A stretch of DNA of 64,000 nucleotides from an uncultured virus (IMG/VR IMGVR_UViG_3300008114_000015) (IMGVR_UViG_3300008114_000015); one strand, 5' to 3'. Shown: positions 30,456 through 38,498, counted from the first letter of the stretch. Program-made: numbers and translations. Notes: generated from the letters alone by a model not told the origin.

Positions 30456-31351
30456 TTAGGCGTCGACTTTAAAAGTAAACTCGCCATGAAATGTTGCAGG
30501 CTTGCCCTTTGAATCGGTAGTTGTACCAGCAATCATCTTTACGCTTTTCTTGGTGGTCCATTTCTGAGCCATAGCTTTAGCGTGACGCTTAGCTGCTGAA
30601 GGGTTTTTCCAAGCAGAATAGTCTGACTGACCAATTACATCTGTAAAAGATGCTTCGTACTGATCACGTTCATCATAACAACGAACGTGGCACAGCCAAC
30701 CGCCACCTTTTTCAAAGTTGTTTGTAAGCGAAACTTTAAAGACTTTAATCTTTTTCTTCGCCATTTGTTTCCTCCATATCTTGTAGGACTACAGGCACAT
30801 GATACACACCAAGGTCTTCCTTAGCAAAGCGCTGAACTAATTCAGCATGACCTTTGTATGCACGTTCAATAGTTTGATAACGCTTTGACTCTACGATTTC
30901 CCCGTCAGCATTCCATACGTATGAAACAAACGGTGATGGCTTAGAGTTTGGTTTCCAGTTCTTAGAACTGAATTGATTCTTTTGCAACCAATCGTATTCC
31001 GGCATATCAACTCCGGTCCACTTGGTTAATACTCGATAATCTTTTACAAACACATCCTTCTTGAATGCATATGGACTACCGAATTCTTCGCTCCATTCCT
31101 TTAAAGTGCAAGGCTGTGAGTTACGATCGTAAAAAGCATAGTCCCATTTAGAACTCATGATCCTCCTCAAAGAAACACTTTAGTGTGCGTGGATCACGGG
31201 GCGTAATCTTGTCGCACTCGTAGCATTGCTCCCAAGGTATTAACTTGTAGTTTTGATCTAAATACTCATCCACAGCTTTTAAGCCGTGCTTTCCATACAT
31301 GTCTTTTACTTGAGACTTAAGCATTTGCATTAAATCTTGTTTCAACGTCAA
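30456..31351 (-). CDS. Three hypothetical genes (30456-30764, 30745-31170, 31148-31351)
   Basis: Overlapping minus-strand ORFs with GGAGG/GAGGAGG-type RBS; exact starts uncertain. Confidence 0.55.
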
Positions 31352-31856
31352 CCAACCTATCTATTATCCATTGAACAACCGGTACTGCTACCGCATTGCC
31401 CATTTGTTTATATCGTTGTGAATCAGACTGTGATGCAGTCCAGTTATCGGGAAACCCTTGTAGGCGCTCACATTCTAACGGAGTTAAACGTCGCACCATT
31501 GCAGGAGTTGCAACCGCATTACCACCAACGGTATCTATTGTGTACATAGGATCAGTAGAATCACCAAATCCTTTGCCTTGTGGTCCAGCAGTATCACTGC
31601 GACCGATGATTGTTCCCTGGATAGGGAATGCCATCATAGGAGTGTTATTACCACCCGTTCCCATCTTTGCCGGCAACGTATTAATCACATCTCCCTGTAC
31701 TCGTACTTCACCAAAGGTACCAGTGTAGAAGATAAGCACCGTTGATCGTGTATCGCCATTGTTATCGAATGCGTTCAATGTAGGAGTAACCTCCGCATCA
31801 ACCCAAGTTTCATAATCTTCCACGTCCTTTGCACGCCTACTCTTTATGAACCACAT
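31317..31856 (-). CDS. C5 cytosine methyltransferase C-terminal polypeptide (TRDs + motifs IX, X)
   Basis: VRRLTPLECERLQGFPD and RYKQMGNAVAVPV; three T-L/I TRD-like units; TAATG coupling to the upstream part. Confidence 0.85.
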   Translation of the reverse strand: MWFIKSRRAKDVEDYETWVDAEVTPTLNAFDNNGDTRSTVLIFYTGTFGEVRVQGDVINTLPAKMGTGGNNTPMMAFPIQGTIIGRSDTAGPQGKGFGDSTDPMYTIDTVGGNAVATPAMVRRLTPLECERLQGFPDNWTASQSDSQRYKQMGNAVAVPVVQWIIDRLVDVETRFNANA

Positions 31857-32334
31857 TAGTCATGTTCTCCAAAGCTGAGTGAAGCAAGGGAGGAAGTTGT
31901 TTTCCCTTTTTGGTTGATCGCCTCAGAATACCCTCGCATGCCTTCGATGAGAGCAAGTACTTCTGCAGGTGCTCGCCCGTTGTCTCCAAGACATCCGACA
32001 ATGAAGATACGACGTCTTCTTTGGGCGACTCCAAAGTATTGAGCGTCAAGAATCCTGTATGCGACCCCATACCCGCGCTCAACCAACGCTTGGATGACGG
32101 TTCCCATATCTCTTCCGTCGTTAGATGACAGAAGACCGGGGACGTTTTCGAGGACGAACCATTTCGCTTTCGTTTCGTCGAGGATGCGACAGATTTCCCA
32201 GAAGAGTCCGCTTCTACCTCCAGCAAGACCTGCTCGCTTACCAGCAACGCTGAGGTCTTGACACGGGAAGCCTCCGACAATAATTCCGTCAGAACCTTCG
32301 AATCCGAGTTCTCTAAGTTGATCGCCTGTGACAT
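31837..32334 (-). CDS. Alternative-frame MTase subunit (M.EcoHK31I beta-like), nested in the MTase gene
   Basis: SSLSDVLE...KYLLSSKACEGILRR..KKGKQLP in a different frame; true start uncertain. Confidence 0.6.
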   Translation of the reverse strand: MSQAINLENSDSKVLTELLSEASRVKTSALLVSEQVLLEVEADSSGKSVASSTKRKRNGSSSKTSPVFCHLTTEEIWEPSSKRWLSAGMGSHTGFLTLNTLESPKEDVVSSLSDVLETTGEHLQKYLLSSKACEGILRRSTKKGKQLPPLLHSALENMTNVVHKE

Positions 32335-32491
32335 CTTTTACATCCTCCAATAATGTTGTGTTAGGAAATTGTTGTTGCAGTACACCACGTGCATGCTTAT
32401 CAATCTCTACAGATGCAACAACAGGTACACCCGCACGTTCTAATGCAAGATCGAAACCTCCGACCCCGGCGAATAACGACACCGCTTTCAT
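31856..32491 (-). CDS. C5 cytosine methyltransferase N-terminal polypeptide (motifs I-VIII)
   Basis: SLFAGVGG, GGFPCQDLS, ENVPG, AQRRRRIF. Confidence 0.92.
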   Translation of the reverse strand: MKAVSLFAGVGGFDLALERAGVPVVASVEIDKHARGVLQQQFPNTTLLEDVKDVTGDQLRELGFEGSDGIIVGGFPCQDLSVAGKRAGLAGGRSGLFWEICRILDETKAKWFVLENVPGLLSSNDGRDMGTVIQALVERGYGVAYRILDAQYFGVAQRRRRIFIVGCLGDNGRAPAEVLALIEGMRGYSEAINQKGKTTSSLASLSFGEHD

Positions 32492-32742
32492 TCTTGTTCC
32501 TTGTCCTCAAGCATGTTCAATGCAGTCTCTGCATCCTTAAGAAACTTAACAATCTCAGTGATATCACTTTCAGATAGTGGGCGTGGTTGCGTGAGCAACG
32601 CCACACGAGCTGCAATGATATTTGCACCAACAAAACCCTTAACAGTTAATGTTGCTTTGTTTCCATCGGGATCAGTAAAGGTGCCGTTCAACAGCGCCTT
32701 TACAATAATTGCATCGCCTACAGATATATCATCAGTGCTCAT
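32488..32742 (-). CDS. Hypothetical protein
   Basis: 84 aa coupled ORF. Confidence 0.55.
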   Translation of the reverse strand: MSTDDISVGDAIIVKALLNGTFTDPDGNKATLTVKGFVGANIIAARVALLTQPRPLSESDITEIVKFLKDAETALNMLEDKEQE

Positions 32743-32846
32743 TCATGCTCCTTCATATGGCGGGCGAGGGTTTGGTGGGCAAAGATGCCCGACCTCACCT
32801 CCAATTCTTTACCGCAGGTAGGACAGACTACTTGTCTGCCCGTCAT
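32739..32846 (-). CDS. 35-aa C2H2-type zinc-finger mini-protein (not in ORF track)
   Basis: MTGRQVVCPTCGKELEVRSGIFAHQTLARHMKEHE; ATGA overlaps at both ends. Confidence 0.65.
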   Translation of the reverse strand: MTGRQVVCPTCGKELEVRSGIFAHQTLARHMKEHE

Positions 32847-33115
32847 TTCAACAACTCCGCGTCTTCATCCATATCGACTAACTTGCGAAGTTCTTGAATC
32901 TTGTCCTCAGCCTCAGACCTAAATGCTCTGTGCCATCCCATATCGTTGGATGCCAAAGTGCCATCTACCCATAGAACGATCGCCTTGTCTACGTGCTCAC
33001 GCTTTCCGCCTAAATCAGTGATGATCTTGAGGATTGCGTGGAACGCTTCGTTTTCCTTAGCCTTGGCTTCGTTGTACTTACCTTGGTGATAATCGAGTTC
33101 CCATTTGAGACTCAT
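32843..33115 (-). CDS. Hypothetical protein, first gene of the MTase operon
   Basis: 90 aa; GAAAGG RBS; downstream of the conserved promoter at ~33153-33190. Confidence 0.65.
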   Translation of the reverse strand: MSLKWELDYHQGKYNEAKAKENEAFHAILKIITDLGGKREHVDKAIVLWVDGTLASNDMGWHRAFRSEAEDKIQELRKLVDMDEDAELLK

Positions 33116-33152
33116 TTGATACCTTTCGTTGAGTTCTTGCCCTTACTTTCTA

Positions 33153-33207
33153 ATCATTACGTATATGCCGTCTTAGGGGTAGTAGGTTTGCTGTGACTTG
33201 ACTCACA
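33153..33207 (-). promoter_or_regulatory. Conserved early promoter + CRP-like box (copy 1)
   Basis: TGTGActtgacTCACA 33192-33207; minus strand CAAACCTAC-TACCCC-17nt-AATGAT. Confidence 0.75.
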
Positions 33208-33532
33208 GAAAAATCGGCCCCAAATAGATTGGCTTATACATGCAGAGAGAGAGGATATAGAGAGGGACTGACATCTCTTTGCCCTGCCAGCCATTGGGTA
33301 GCAATTAGCTTGCAGTGATATCGGATAGTTTCAGCCGATCGAGGCTGTAAAGCTGGCTGCACAGCCGGGGAGGCCATGACCGGTCAATGCAGTAGCCTAA
33401 TCGACTAGTCGATTTGTCGACATTTAATGTCGGCTATCTCTCTTATCTCTCTTTTTGGCTTCTCTCTTCTCTCTCTGCTCTCTCTGCCAATAGCTATCTC
33501 TCTTATTCATGCTCTCTTCTTCGAAGATCGCT

Positions 33533-33548
33533 TGTTTCACGTGAAACT
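33533..33548. promoter_or_regulatory. parS: parS (ParB/Spo0J-binding) site
   Basis: TGTTTCACGTGAAACT: 15/16 to TGTTTCACGTGAAACA, perfect 14-bp core GTTTCACGTGAAAC, intergenic. Confidence 0.8.
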
Positions 33549-33587
33549 AGCTGGAATAGGCGGCCTGGCCGAGCTTCTCTCTCACTG

Positions 33588-33603
33588 TGTGAGCAATATC
33601 ACA
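33588..33603. promoter_or_regulatory. Perfect CRP-like box
   Basis: TGTGAgcaataTCACA. Confidence 0.65.
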
Positions 33604-33630
33604 GCAAAGCTACTTGACTTTTCGGCCGCA

Positions 33631-33672
33631 CCCTATCCCGAAGGGATGAGGGGTGGGAGGGTCAACACAAAC
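33631..33672 (+). repeat. G-run/CAACACAAAC element copy 1
   Basis: CCCT ATCCC GAA GGGAT GA GGGG T GGG A GGG T CAACACAAAC. Confidence 0.85.
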
Positions 33673-33794
33673 ATTTGGCTTTTGGGAGTAGGCATTTCCC
33701 TTTTAAAAAGAAGAAAGCCGCGCTGACCTGAAACAACGCGGCTTCTCCGTGCTCGACCCTAGGTGGAAGGGTAGTACCTAGGGGAGCAACTCTA

Positions 33795-34064
33795 TTATTC
33801 TTGCAGTGATTCTACGAATGGGTGCAAGTGATGCTGATCTACTATCGCCCGTGCCGGCGCTGTAGTGCGGCCCTTATACGTAATTGGATCCGGTAGCTCT
33901 ATCTCCCGGTCGTAGTCTTCATCCAGGTACGCATCGATTGCAGCTTTGCATGGATCGACCATCGTTAACGGTACCGGCGGATAATGATTGCCGGTTAAGT
34001 GATGGGCCAGGCCTTGATCCAGGTGAATTTGGCCGGCTAAGTCTAACGCTGTTGTGTATCCCAT
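33795..34064 (-). CDS. Hypothetical phage early protein
   Basis: 89 aa, HLTGNHYPPVP...C..AI...HHL motif. Confidence 0.7.
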   Translation of the reverse strand: MGYTTALDLAGQIHLDQGLAHHLTGNHYPPVPLTMVDPCKAAIDAYLDEDYDREIELPDPITYKGRTTAPARAIVDQHHLHPFVESLQE

Positions 34065-34072
34065 ATTGATCC

Positions 34073-34774
34073 CTATCTCTTAGTAATGCTGAACGTTATA
34101 TTGTTAGTGCCCTTGACGCAAATCTTGCATGCAATGCAGGCGCCTTCCAGGGGAATTTGCTTGCGTTGCTCGGGACACTTTGCAGATCTCTCGCCTAGCG
34201 CCAGGAGCATATCCTTGGCTTGATCGAAAGTATCGTGTAATCCTGCCAGTAACACGCCTTCACGCTGTAGGCGTTGAGCGCTTTCGAGATTCTCTTTATC
34301 AGTGGAGAAGTATAAAGTGAGATTCTCTAGGTTCCGGAGCATATAAGCTGCAGACTCTACACGTGTGTAGACCCAGAAGCGAACGTCCGGATGGTTCATG
34401 ATCACATGCTTCCATGCGAATGCATAATCTGAGGAGAAGAAGTCCCCGTCCCAGTGAATGCGAAATTCTTTAGGCGCGGACCACTTGTCACATTCCGCCT
34501 TGAATTCCACAATCATCTCATCGAGTAGACTCTCCATCGTGTCATGATCTGCATCTTTAAGCATCTCCCAATTGTGCATAAGGTTAGTACGCACTGTTGG
34601 ATAGATTTTCTCCAGCTTGCCGGCATAACATATGCGAGCGCAAATTGAAGTCTGCGCCGGGCAGCTGTACTCTCTCCCCGCGGGTAAACCGAAAGAATTA
34701 GCAATTCTTGCAGTCTTCCCATTAGGAGTAAGACTATTAGCCACTTTACGATCTTTGGACCGTTTAAGTTTCAT
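34073..34774 (-). CDS. Gp88-like Fe-S/radical-SAM-like phage protein
   Basis: FGLPAG..YSCP...C...CYA, FRIHWDGDFF, FWVYTR, C-terminal CP...C..C..C. Confidence 0.7.
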   Translation of the reverse strand: MKLKRSKDRKVANSLTPNGKTARIANSFGLPAGREYSCPAQTSICARICYAGKLEKIYPTVRTNLMHNWEMLKDADHDTMESLLDEMIVEFKAECDKWSAPKEFRIHWDGDFFSSDYAFAWKHVIMNHPDVRFWVYTRVESAAYMLRNLENLTLYFSTDKENLESAQRLQREGVLLAGLHDTFDQAKDMLLALGERSAKCPEQRKQIPLEGACIACKICVKGTNNITFSITKR

Positions 34775-34796
34775 GAGACCCCTCTCTTCATTGCTT

Positions 34797-34851
34797 AAGG
34801 TATATGACTCTCCCTCTACGTGTAAGTAGGTTTGCAGTGATCTATCTCACA
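34797..34851 (-). promoter_or_regulatory. Conserved early promoter + CRP-like box (copy 2)
   Basis: AGTGAtctatcTCACA 34836-34851; CAAACCTAC-TTACAC-17nt-TACCTT. Confidence 0.75.
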
Positions 34852-34880
34852 CCAGGCCGAGCCCGCAGCTTATATATATT

Positions 34881-34909
34881 CCCTATGGGGTGGGTGGGCC
34901 GACACAAAC
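34881..34909 (+). repeat. G-run/CAACACAAAC element copy 2
   Basis: CCCT AT GGGG T GGG T GGG C CGACACAAAC. Confidence 0.85.
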
Positions 34910-34961
34910 AACGCGAGCCCCGAGCCGCCGCGAAGCTGGCCCGGGGTGCGTTGTCTCTGAG

Positions 34962-35414
34962 TTAGCTCTGTTCCTCCCAATCTGAGCTTTGTAGATTCCA
35001 GTCATCTACATTGACTTCTGATCCCCAAGCGCTCGCATCTATCGTGATCGAGTCGTGGATCAGTGAATCTGAATCGAAGCTGTCGAGCTCTTTCAGCGGC
35101 ACCTCAGCTGTAATGAACACTTCGATCGTAGCTGTGATGCTGATCGTAGCTGTAGGGTTGACGCCCAGAATCTCTTCGAGCTTACTTAGTACTTCATCTT
35201 TATCTGTATTCGAGTGATACCAGCTTTCACTGGTCATCTCCGAAGTGATAGCTCCAATCTTAGCTTGAGCTGTATCCAGCTCCCGGCGATTGAGCTTAGC
35301 TGTCTCGAGCTTCCACTCGAGGTCTGTAGCTTTATGGATGACGAAGCTTTCGGCCCCGTCATTGATATCCCGCAACGTTACTAGCTGATGCGGATTGTAT
35401 GTCTCAGCTGTCAT
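34962..35414 (-). CDS. Acidic hypothetical protein (AGCT-saturated coding sequence)
   Basis: 150 aa Asp/Glu-rich ORF; GGAAGG RBS; ATGA overlap. Confidence 0.7.
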   Translation of the reverse strand: MTAETYNPHQLVTLRDINDGAESFVIHKATDLEWKLETAKLNRRELDTAQAKIGAITSEMTSESWYHSNTDKDEVLSKLEEILGVNPTATISITATIEVFITAEVPLKELDSFDSDSLIHDSITIDASAWGSEVNVDDWNLQSSDWEEQS

Positions 35415-35665
35415 GCATTCACCTTCCTTGCTGACTTGAGCATTGCATTGAGTTCCGCCTTAATTCGACGGGCATTGTCTCCTCTCCATGACTGGAGATT
35501 AGCCAGTGCATAGGAGACTATTGATTCTGCTGAATCCTCGAAGTACCGGTCTTGCATGGTATCGAGTGACATCATGGGAGTGACATATGCTTCTGCATAT
35601 GGATACCAAGACTTACCCCGGCATTCCCAATCTATCTCCAGCGCTATCTCTCTCAGAGTACGCAT
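35411..35665 (-). CDS. Hypothetical phage early protein
   Basis: 84 aa, DSAESIVSYALANLQSWRG..ARRIKAEL. Confidence 0.7.
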   Translation of the reverse strand: MRTLREIALEIDWECRGKSWYPYAEAYVTPMMSLDTMQDRYFEDSAESIVSYALANLQSWRGDNARRIKAELNAMLKSARKVNA

Positions 35666-35708
35666 TCTCTATCCCTTCACTTAGTTACTATCTGTAACCA
35701 GTGACTGA

Positions 35709-35763
35709 ACCATAGGTCCATCTCTCTTTTAGCGTAAGTAGGTCTGTAGTGATTTACATCACA
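35709..35763 (-). promoter_or_regulatory. Conserved early promoter + CRP-like box (copy 3)
   Basis: AGTGAtttacaTCACA 35748-35763; CAGACCTAC-TTACGC-17nt-TATGGT. Confidence 0.75.
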
Positions 35764-35806
35764 TGACTGCAGCTCTCTTCAGCAGCTGAATGAATATATG
35801 AATATT

Positions 35807-35844
35807 CCCTAGTATATAAATGGGGAGGGCGGGCCAACACAAAC
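35807..35844 (+). repeat. G-run/CAACACAAAC element copy 3
   Basis: CCCTA gtatataaa T GGGG A GGG C GGG C CAACACAAAC. Confidence 0.85.
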
Positions 35845-36086
35845 ATTAGGCATTCGGGAAATAAGATTTGGCGCCCTAAAAAAACGATGCCCGGCCGGGG
35901 CAGCGGCCGAGCTCGTTTGGATCCTAGCGGGGCATAGCTTGGATCATCAGCAGCCTTAGCTGCTACATCTGTTGCACTTGCAGTAAGGACCTTGCATTCC
36001 AGAATCCTTCTCTGCTTCGCACTCGCTCATACAGCATGGGCAATAGTTCTCATGCTGTATGTGCGAGCAACATACGTGCAAAGTTC

Positions 36087-36695
36087 TCACGCGTTGGCTT
36101 TCTCTGCCTCTTCACGTTCAGCACGGAGTTTGGCATAGTATGCCTGGTCCGCATCATCCCATTCTTTAGCAGTTTTGAGCGCTTGCGCTAACTCATCAGC
36201 GGGAGCAAGTGGGTCAATATTAATCTGACGTCCTTGCATTGTTGCTGGCTCTAAATCATAGTGCCAGTAAGAATACGGTTGGGAGTTGGTCCAGATAATC
36301 TCAGACTCGGAGCGAAACATGCGACCGTTGTGGATTTCAAACTTCCATAACGCGCCGTCCTCACCTCGCCATTCAATGTATGAACCATCCTTGGTAAAGG
36401 GAGCCATAACCGCCAAAAATAAATCTTCTTGACCAGTTTTGCTATTGTAGTAAGCAAGTTTGAACCCGCCGTCTACTTTTTCAGTCTCGAATCCGAGTTG
36501 ATTGAAGACACTCTCTACAGTCTCCGCGGTTTCGATATCAGTATCATTCATCCAGGAGAACCACTTCTCGCCATTGGATGAGCCACCACGCTTAATAGCA
36601 TGGTATTTAGTTGGCATCTCTCTAATAGTTGCAAGAGATTCAGGAGATTCAGTTATCTCCCACTCTGCATCTACTAGGTCAATGTAATAACCCAT
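36087..36695 (-). CDS. Hypothetical phage early protein
   Basis: 202 aa; GSYIEWRGEDGALW motif; AAGGGG RBS. Confidence 0.7.
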   Translation of the reverse strand: MGYYIDLVDAEWEITESPESLATIREMPTKYHAIKRGGSSNGEKWFSWMNDTDIETAETVESVFNQLGFETEKVDGGFKLAYYNSKTGQEDLFLAVMAPFTKDGSYIEWRGEDGALWKFEIHNGRMFRSESEIIWTNSQPYSYWHYDLEPATMQGRQINIDPLAPADELAQALKTAKEWDDADQAYYAKLRAEREEAEKANA

Positions 36696-36734
36696 AACCC
36701 CTTCTTTCTCTAGTCGCCCTGACTAGGTAGGTGA

Positions 36735-36800
36735 ACCTTCTCATGTATATCTCTTTCGTGGTAGTAGGTTTGTAAAGTTTCTCTTGTGATTTGAATCACA
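36735..36800 (-). promoter_or_regulatory. Conserved early promoter + CRP-like box (copy 4)
   Basis: TGTGAtttgaaTCACA 36785-36800 (11 bp further upstream than in most copies); CAAACCTAC-TACCAC-17nt-GAAGGT. Confidence 0.75.
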
Positions 36801-36817
36801 GCTGAATAACAACAACT

Positions 36818-36848
36818 CCCTTAACGGGGCGGGTGGGCCAACACAAAC
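36818..36848 (+). repeat. G-run/CAACACAAAC element copy 4
   Basis: CCCT TAAC GGGG C GGG T GGG C CAACACAAAC. Confidence 0.85.
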
Positions 36849-36990
36849 TTTCCCCCGCGGCCGGCGGCCTCAGCTGTGGAATAGGTAGGCACGCAGCTAC
36901 ATCTCCCCGAGAAGTGTGGCGGATCATGAATGCGCTTGGCGGGAGCAAGAAAGGAAATAAACCGCTTTGACGCACCTACCTCGAAATCTA

Positions 36991-37221
36991 CTATGGCAAG
37001 GCTAATCCGGAGATGAACCCGCCACCATTACCCTCCTCATCAGCATAGATCTGAATCTGACCTTTCTGCCCATCCTTGAACCGGACAGTAAATGTAGGGA
37101 ATGGATACATTCCAAACTCATCCTCTACCATCCCGTCATAACTAAGAATCGTGGCGCCCACTAAATCGCCATAATACTTAGAGTAAAACTTTTGAGACTC
37201 AGGACTCACAATCGTGTCCAT
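36991..37221 (-). CDS. Hypothetical protein
   Basis: Likely ATG at 37221 with GAGGTGG RBS; DEEGNGGGF motif. Confidence 0.65.
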   Translation of the reverse strand: MDTIVSPESQKFYSKYYGDLVGATILSYDGMVEDEFGMYPFPTFTVRFKDGQKGQIQIYADEEGNGGGFISGLALP

Positions 37222-37300
37222 ATGCCACCTCATTCGCATCATTCTCATCAAGAAGGTTGAACACCCTCTCGCACTCTACACATGTCGCCATTAGCATCAT
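37199..37300 (-). CDS. 33-aa Cys/His mini-protein (not in ORF track)
   Basis: MMLMATCVECERVFNLLDENDANEVAYGHDCES with AAGGGGCAG RBS. Confidence 0.6.
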   Translation of the reverse strand: MMLMATCVECERVFNLLDENDANEVAYGHDCES

Positions 37301-37337
37301 GTCTGCCCCTTCCGTTAGGTATCTCCTAACTAGACCC

Positions 37338-37392
37338 AATCTAATGCCTAGCACTAGTTAGCACAATAGGCTTTGTAGTGATCCACATCACA
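37338..37392 (-). promoter_or_regulatory. Conserved early promoter + CRP-like box (copy 5)
   Basis: AGTGAtccacaTCACA 37377-37392; CAAAGCCTA-TTGTGC-17nt-TAGATT. Confidence 0.75.
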
Positions 37393-37404
37393 CGAGCTCT
37401 CTTT

Positions 37405-37454
37405 CCCTATCCCTTTAGGGATCAGGCTCAGGGTGGGTGGGAGCCAACACAAAC
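37405..37454 (+). repeat. G-run/CAACACAAAC element copy 5
   Basis: CCCT ATCCCT TT AGGGAT caggctc A GGG T GGG T GGG AGC CAACACAAAC. Confidence 0.85.
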
Positions 37455-37524
37455 AAGTGGCTTCGGGTTTGGCGTTCCCTAAAAAACGAGCGCCCCCTTT
37501 CGGGGGCAACTCGCTTGGGGCAAC

Positions 37525-38010
37525 CTACCAACTTGCTTGGTAGATAACTTGCCAATCATCACCTAAGGCGAGCGCCTTATCTATGATGTCAATGGTTTCC
37601 ATCAGGTCGTTGTAATACCACTCATCTTTCTCGGTTGAGCCGAAGAAGAAACCAGCCGTTGGCTGAAGTGGGTCATCACTCACCAGAGTAGTGCCAATCT
37701 TTTGTTGCTCGGCTTTCATGTTCTCCATGATGAACTGAGCAAGGTCTTGACCGCTACCAACAGGTTGCTTGATAACTACATTGTCCTCATTATTCGGAAC
37801 TGCGTTCTCTCGGTTTGCGAGAGCATTATTACAATCCGAACGGAGTTTTAGAAGTTGCTCACGAGATACAAAAATCTCTTGGCACTCATCTAATCCATTA
37901 GCGCACTCACGAACGAACCAACCATGAACAGCGTTAGCCTTGCGCCAATAACCCAACTCTTGATACTCGCTATTTGTAGAGCGAGCGCCTAGATACATGT
38001 CCAACCCCAT
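37525..38010 (-). CDS. Conserved phage protein (YWRKAN.VH.WF type)
   Basis: MGLDMYL...GYWRKANAVHGWF...GFFFGST...YQASW. Confidence 0.75.
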   Translation of the reverse strand: MGLDMYLGARSTNSEYQELGYWRKANAVHGWFVRECANGLDECQEIFVSREQLLKLRSDCNNALANRENAVPNNEDNVVIKQPVGSGQDLAQFIMENMKAEQQKIGTTLVSDDPLQPTAGFFFGSTEKDEWYYNDLMETIDIIDKALALGDDWQVIYQASW

Positions 38011-38387
38011 TAGAGATACCTTCCGATTTCCTTCATGGTGCTTGCTGATACATACTCATCTTCGCTCATGCCTAAGATACGAACAGCATTAGCGATTTCA
38101 TCAACCTCATGGCTACCCAACTCGCTTTCTAAATCGCCAAGTCGTGGTTCATCAGGTATGCGTGTTCCGTTTGGAACTTTGTAAGAAATAGATACTGAGT
38201 TTCGCCATGTGGAATAACTAACATCATCTATTTCTAGTGGTAGTTTGCCAACCGCTTCTGCCCATGATTTTTTATCTTGCTCGTATTTATCACGAACGAT
38301 TTGGTTGCGTGCTGATACCTCTCGGTTTTCTGCTACTCTGCGTTCCAGACCAGCGATTACCAGATTTACAGGCACTTTTACTTTCAT
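38010..38387 (-). CDS. Hypothetical protein
   Basis: 125 aa; AAGGGGCAG RBS; TAATG coupling to the next gene. Confidence 0.7.
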   Translation of the reverse strand: MKVKVPVNLVIAGLERRVAENREVSARNQIVRDKYEQDKKSWAEAVGKLPLEIDDVSYSTWRNSVSISYKVPNGTRIPDEPRLGDLESELGSHEVDEIANAVRILGMSEDEYVSASTMKEIGRYL

Positions 38388-38425
38388 TACTGCCCCTTCC
38401 GTTGATGACCTTCACCAACACTCTT

Positions 38426-38480
38426 AGTTTTGCTTATCTCGTTAGTTAGCGTAAGTAGGTTTGATGTGATGTGCGCCACA
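38426..38480 (-). promoter_or_regulatory. Conserved early promoter + CRP-like box (copy 6)
   Basis: TGTGAtgtgcgCCACA 38465-38480; CAAACCTAC-TTACGC-17nt-AAAACT. Confidence 0.7.
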
Positions 38481-38498
38481 CGAACTCTCTCAACAACT

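Noticed and set aside
31317..32491. MTase as a frameshifted pseudogene
   Set aside because: All motifs are intact and the break is a TAATG coupling with an RBS; still worth read-level confirmation
33414..33726. ORFs 33414-33617 and 33427-33726
   Set aside because: Low-complexity Leu/Ser translation of TC tracts, overlapping parS, CRP and repeat elements on the strand opposite neighbouring genes
35822..35829. KOPS (GGGNAGGG) interpretation of the G-runs
   Set aside because: Only one of the seven copies matches
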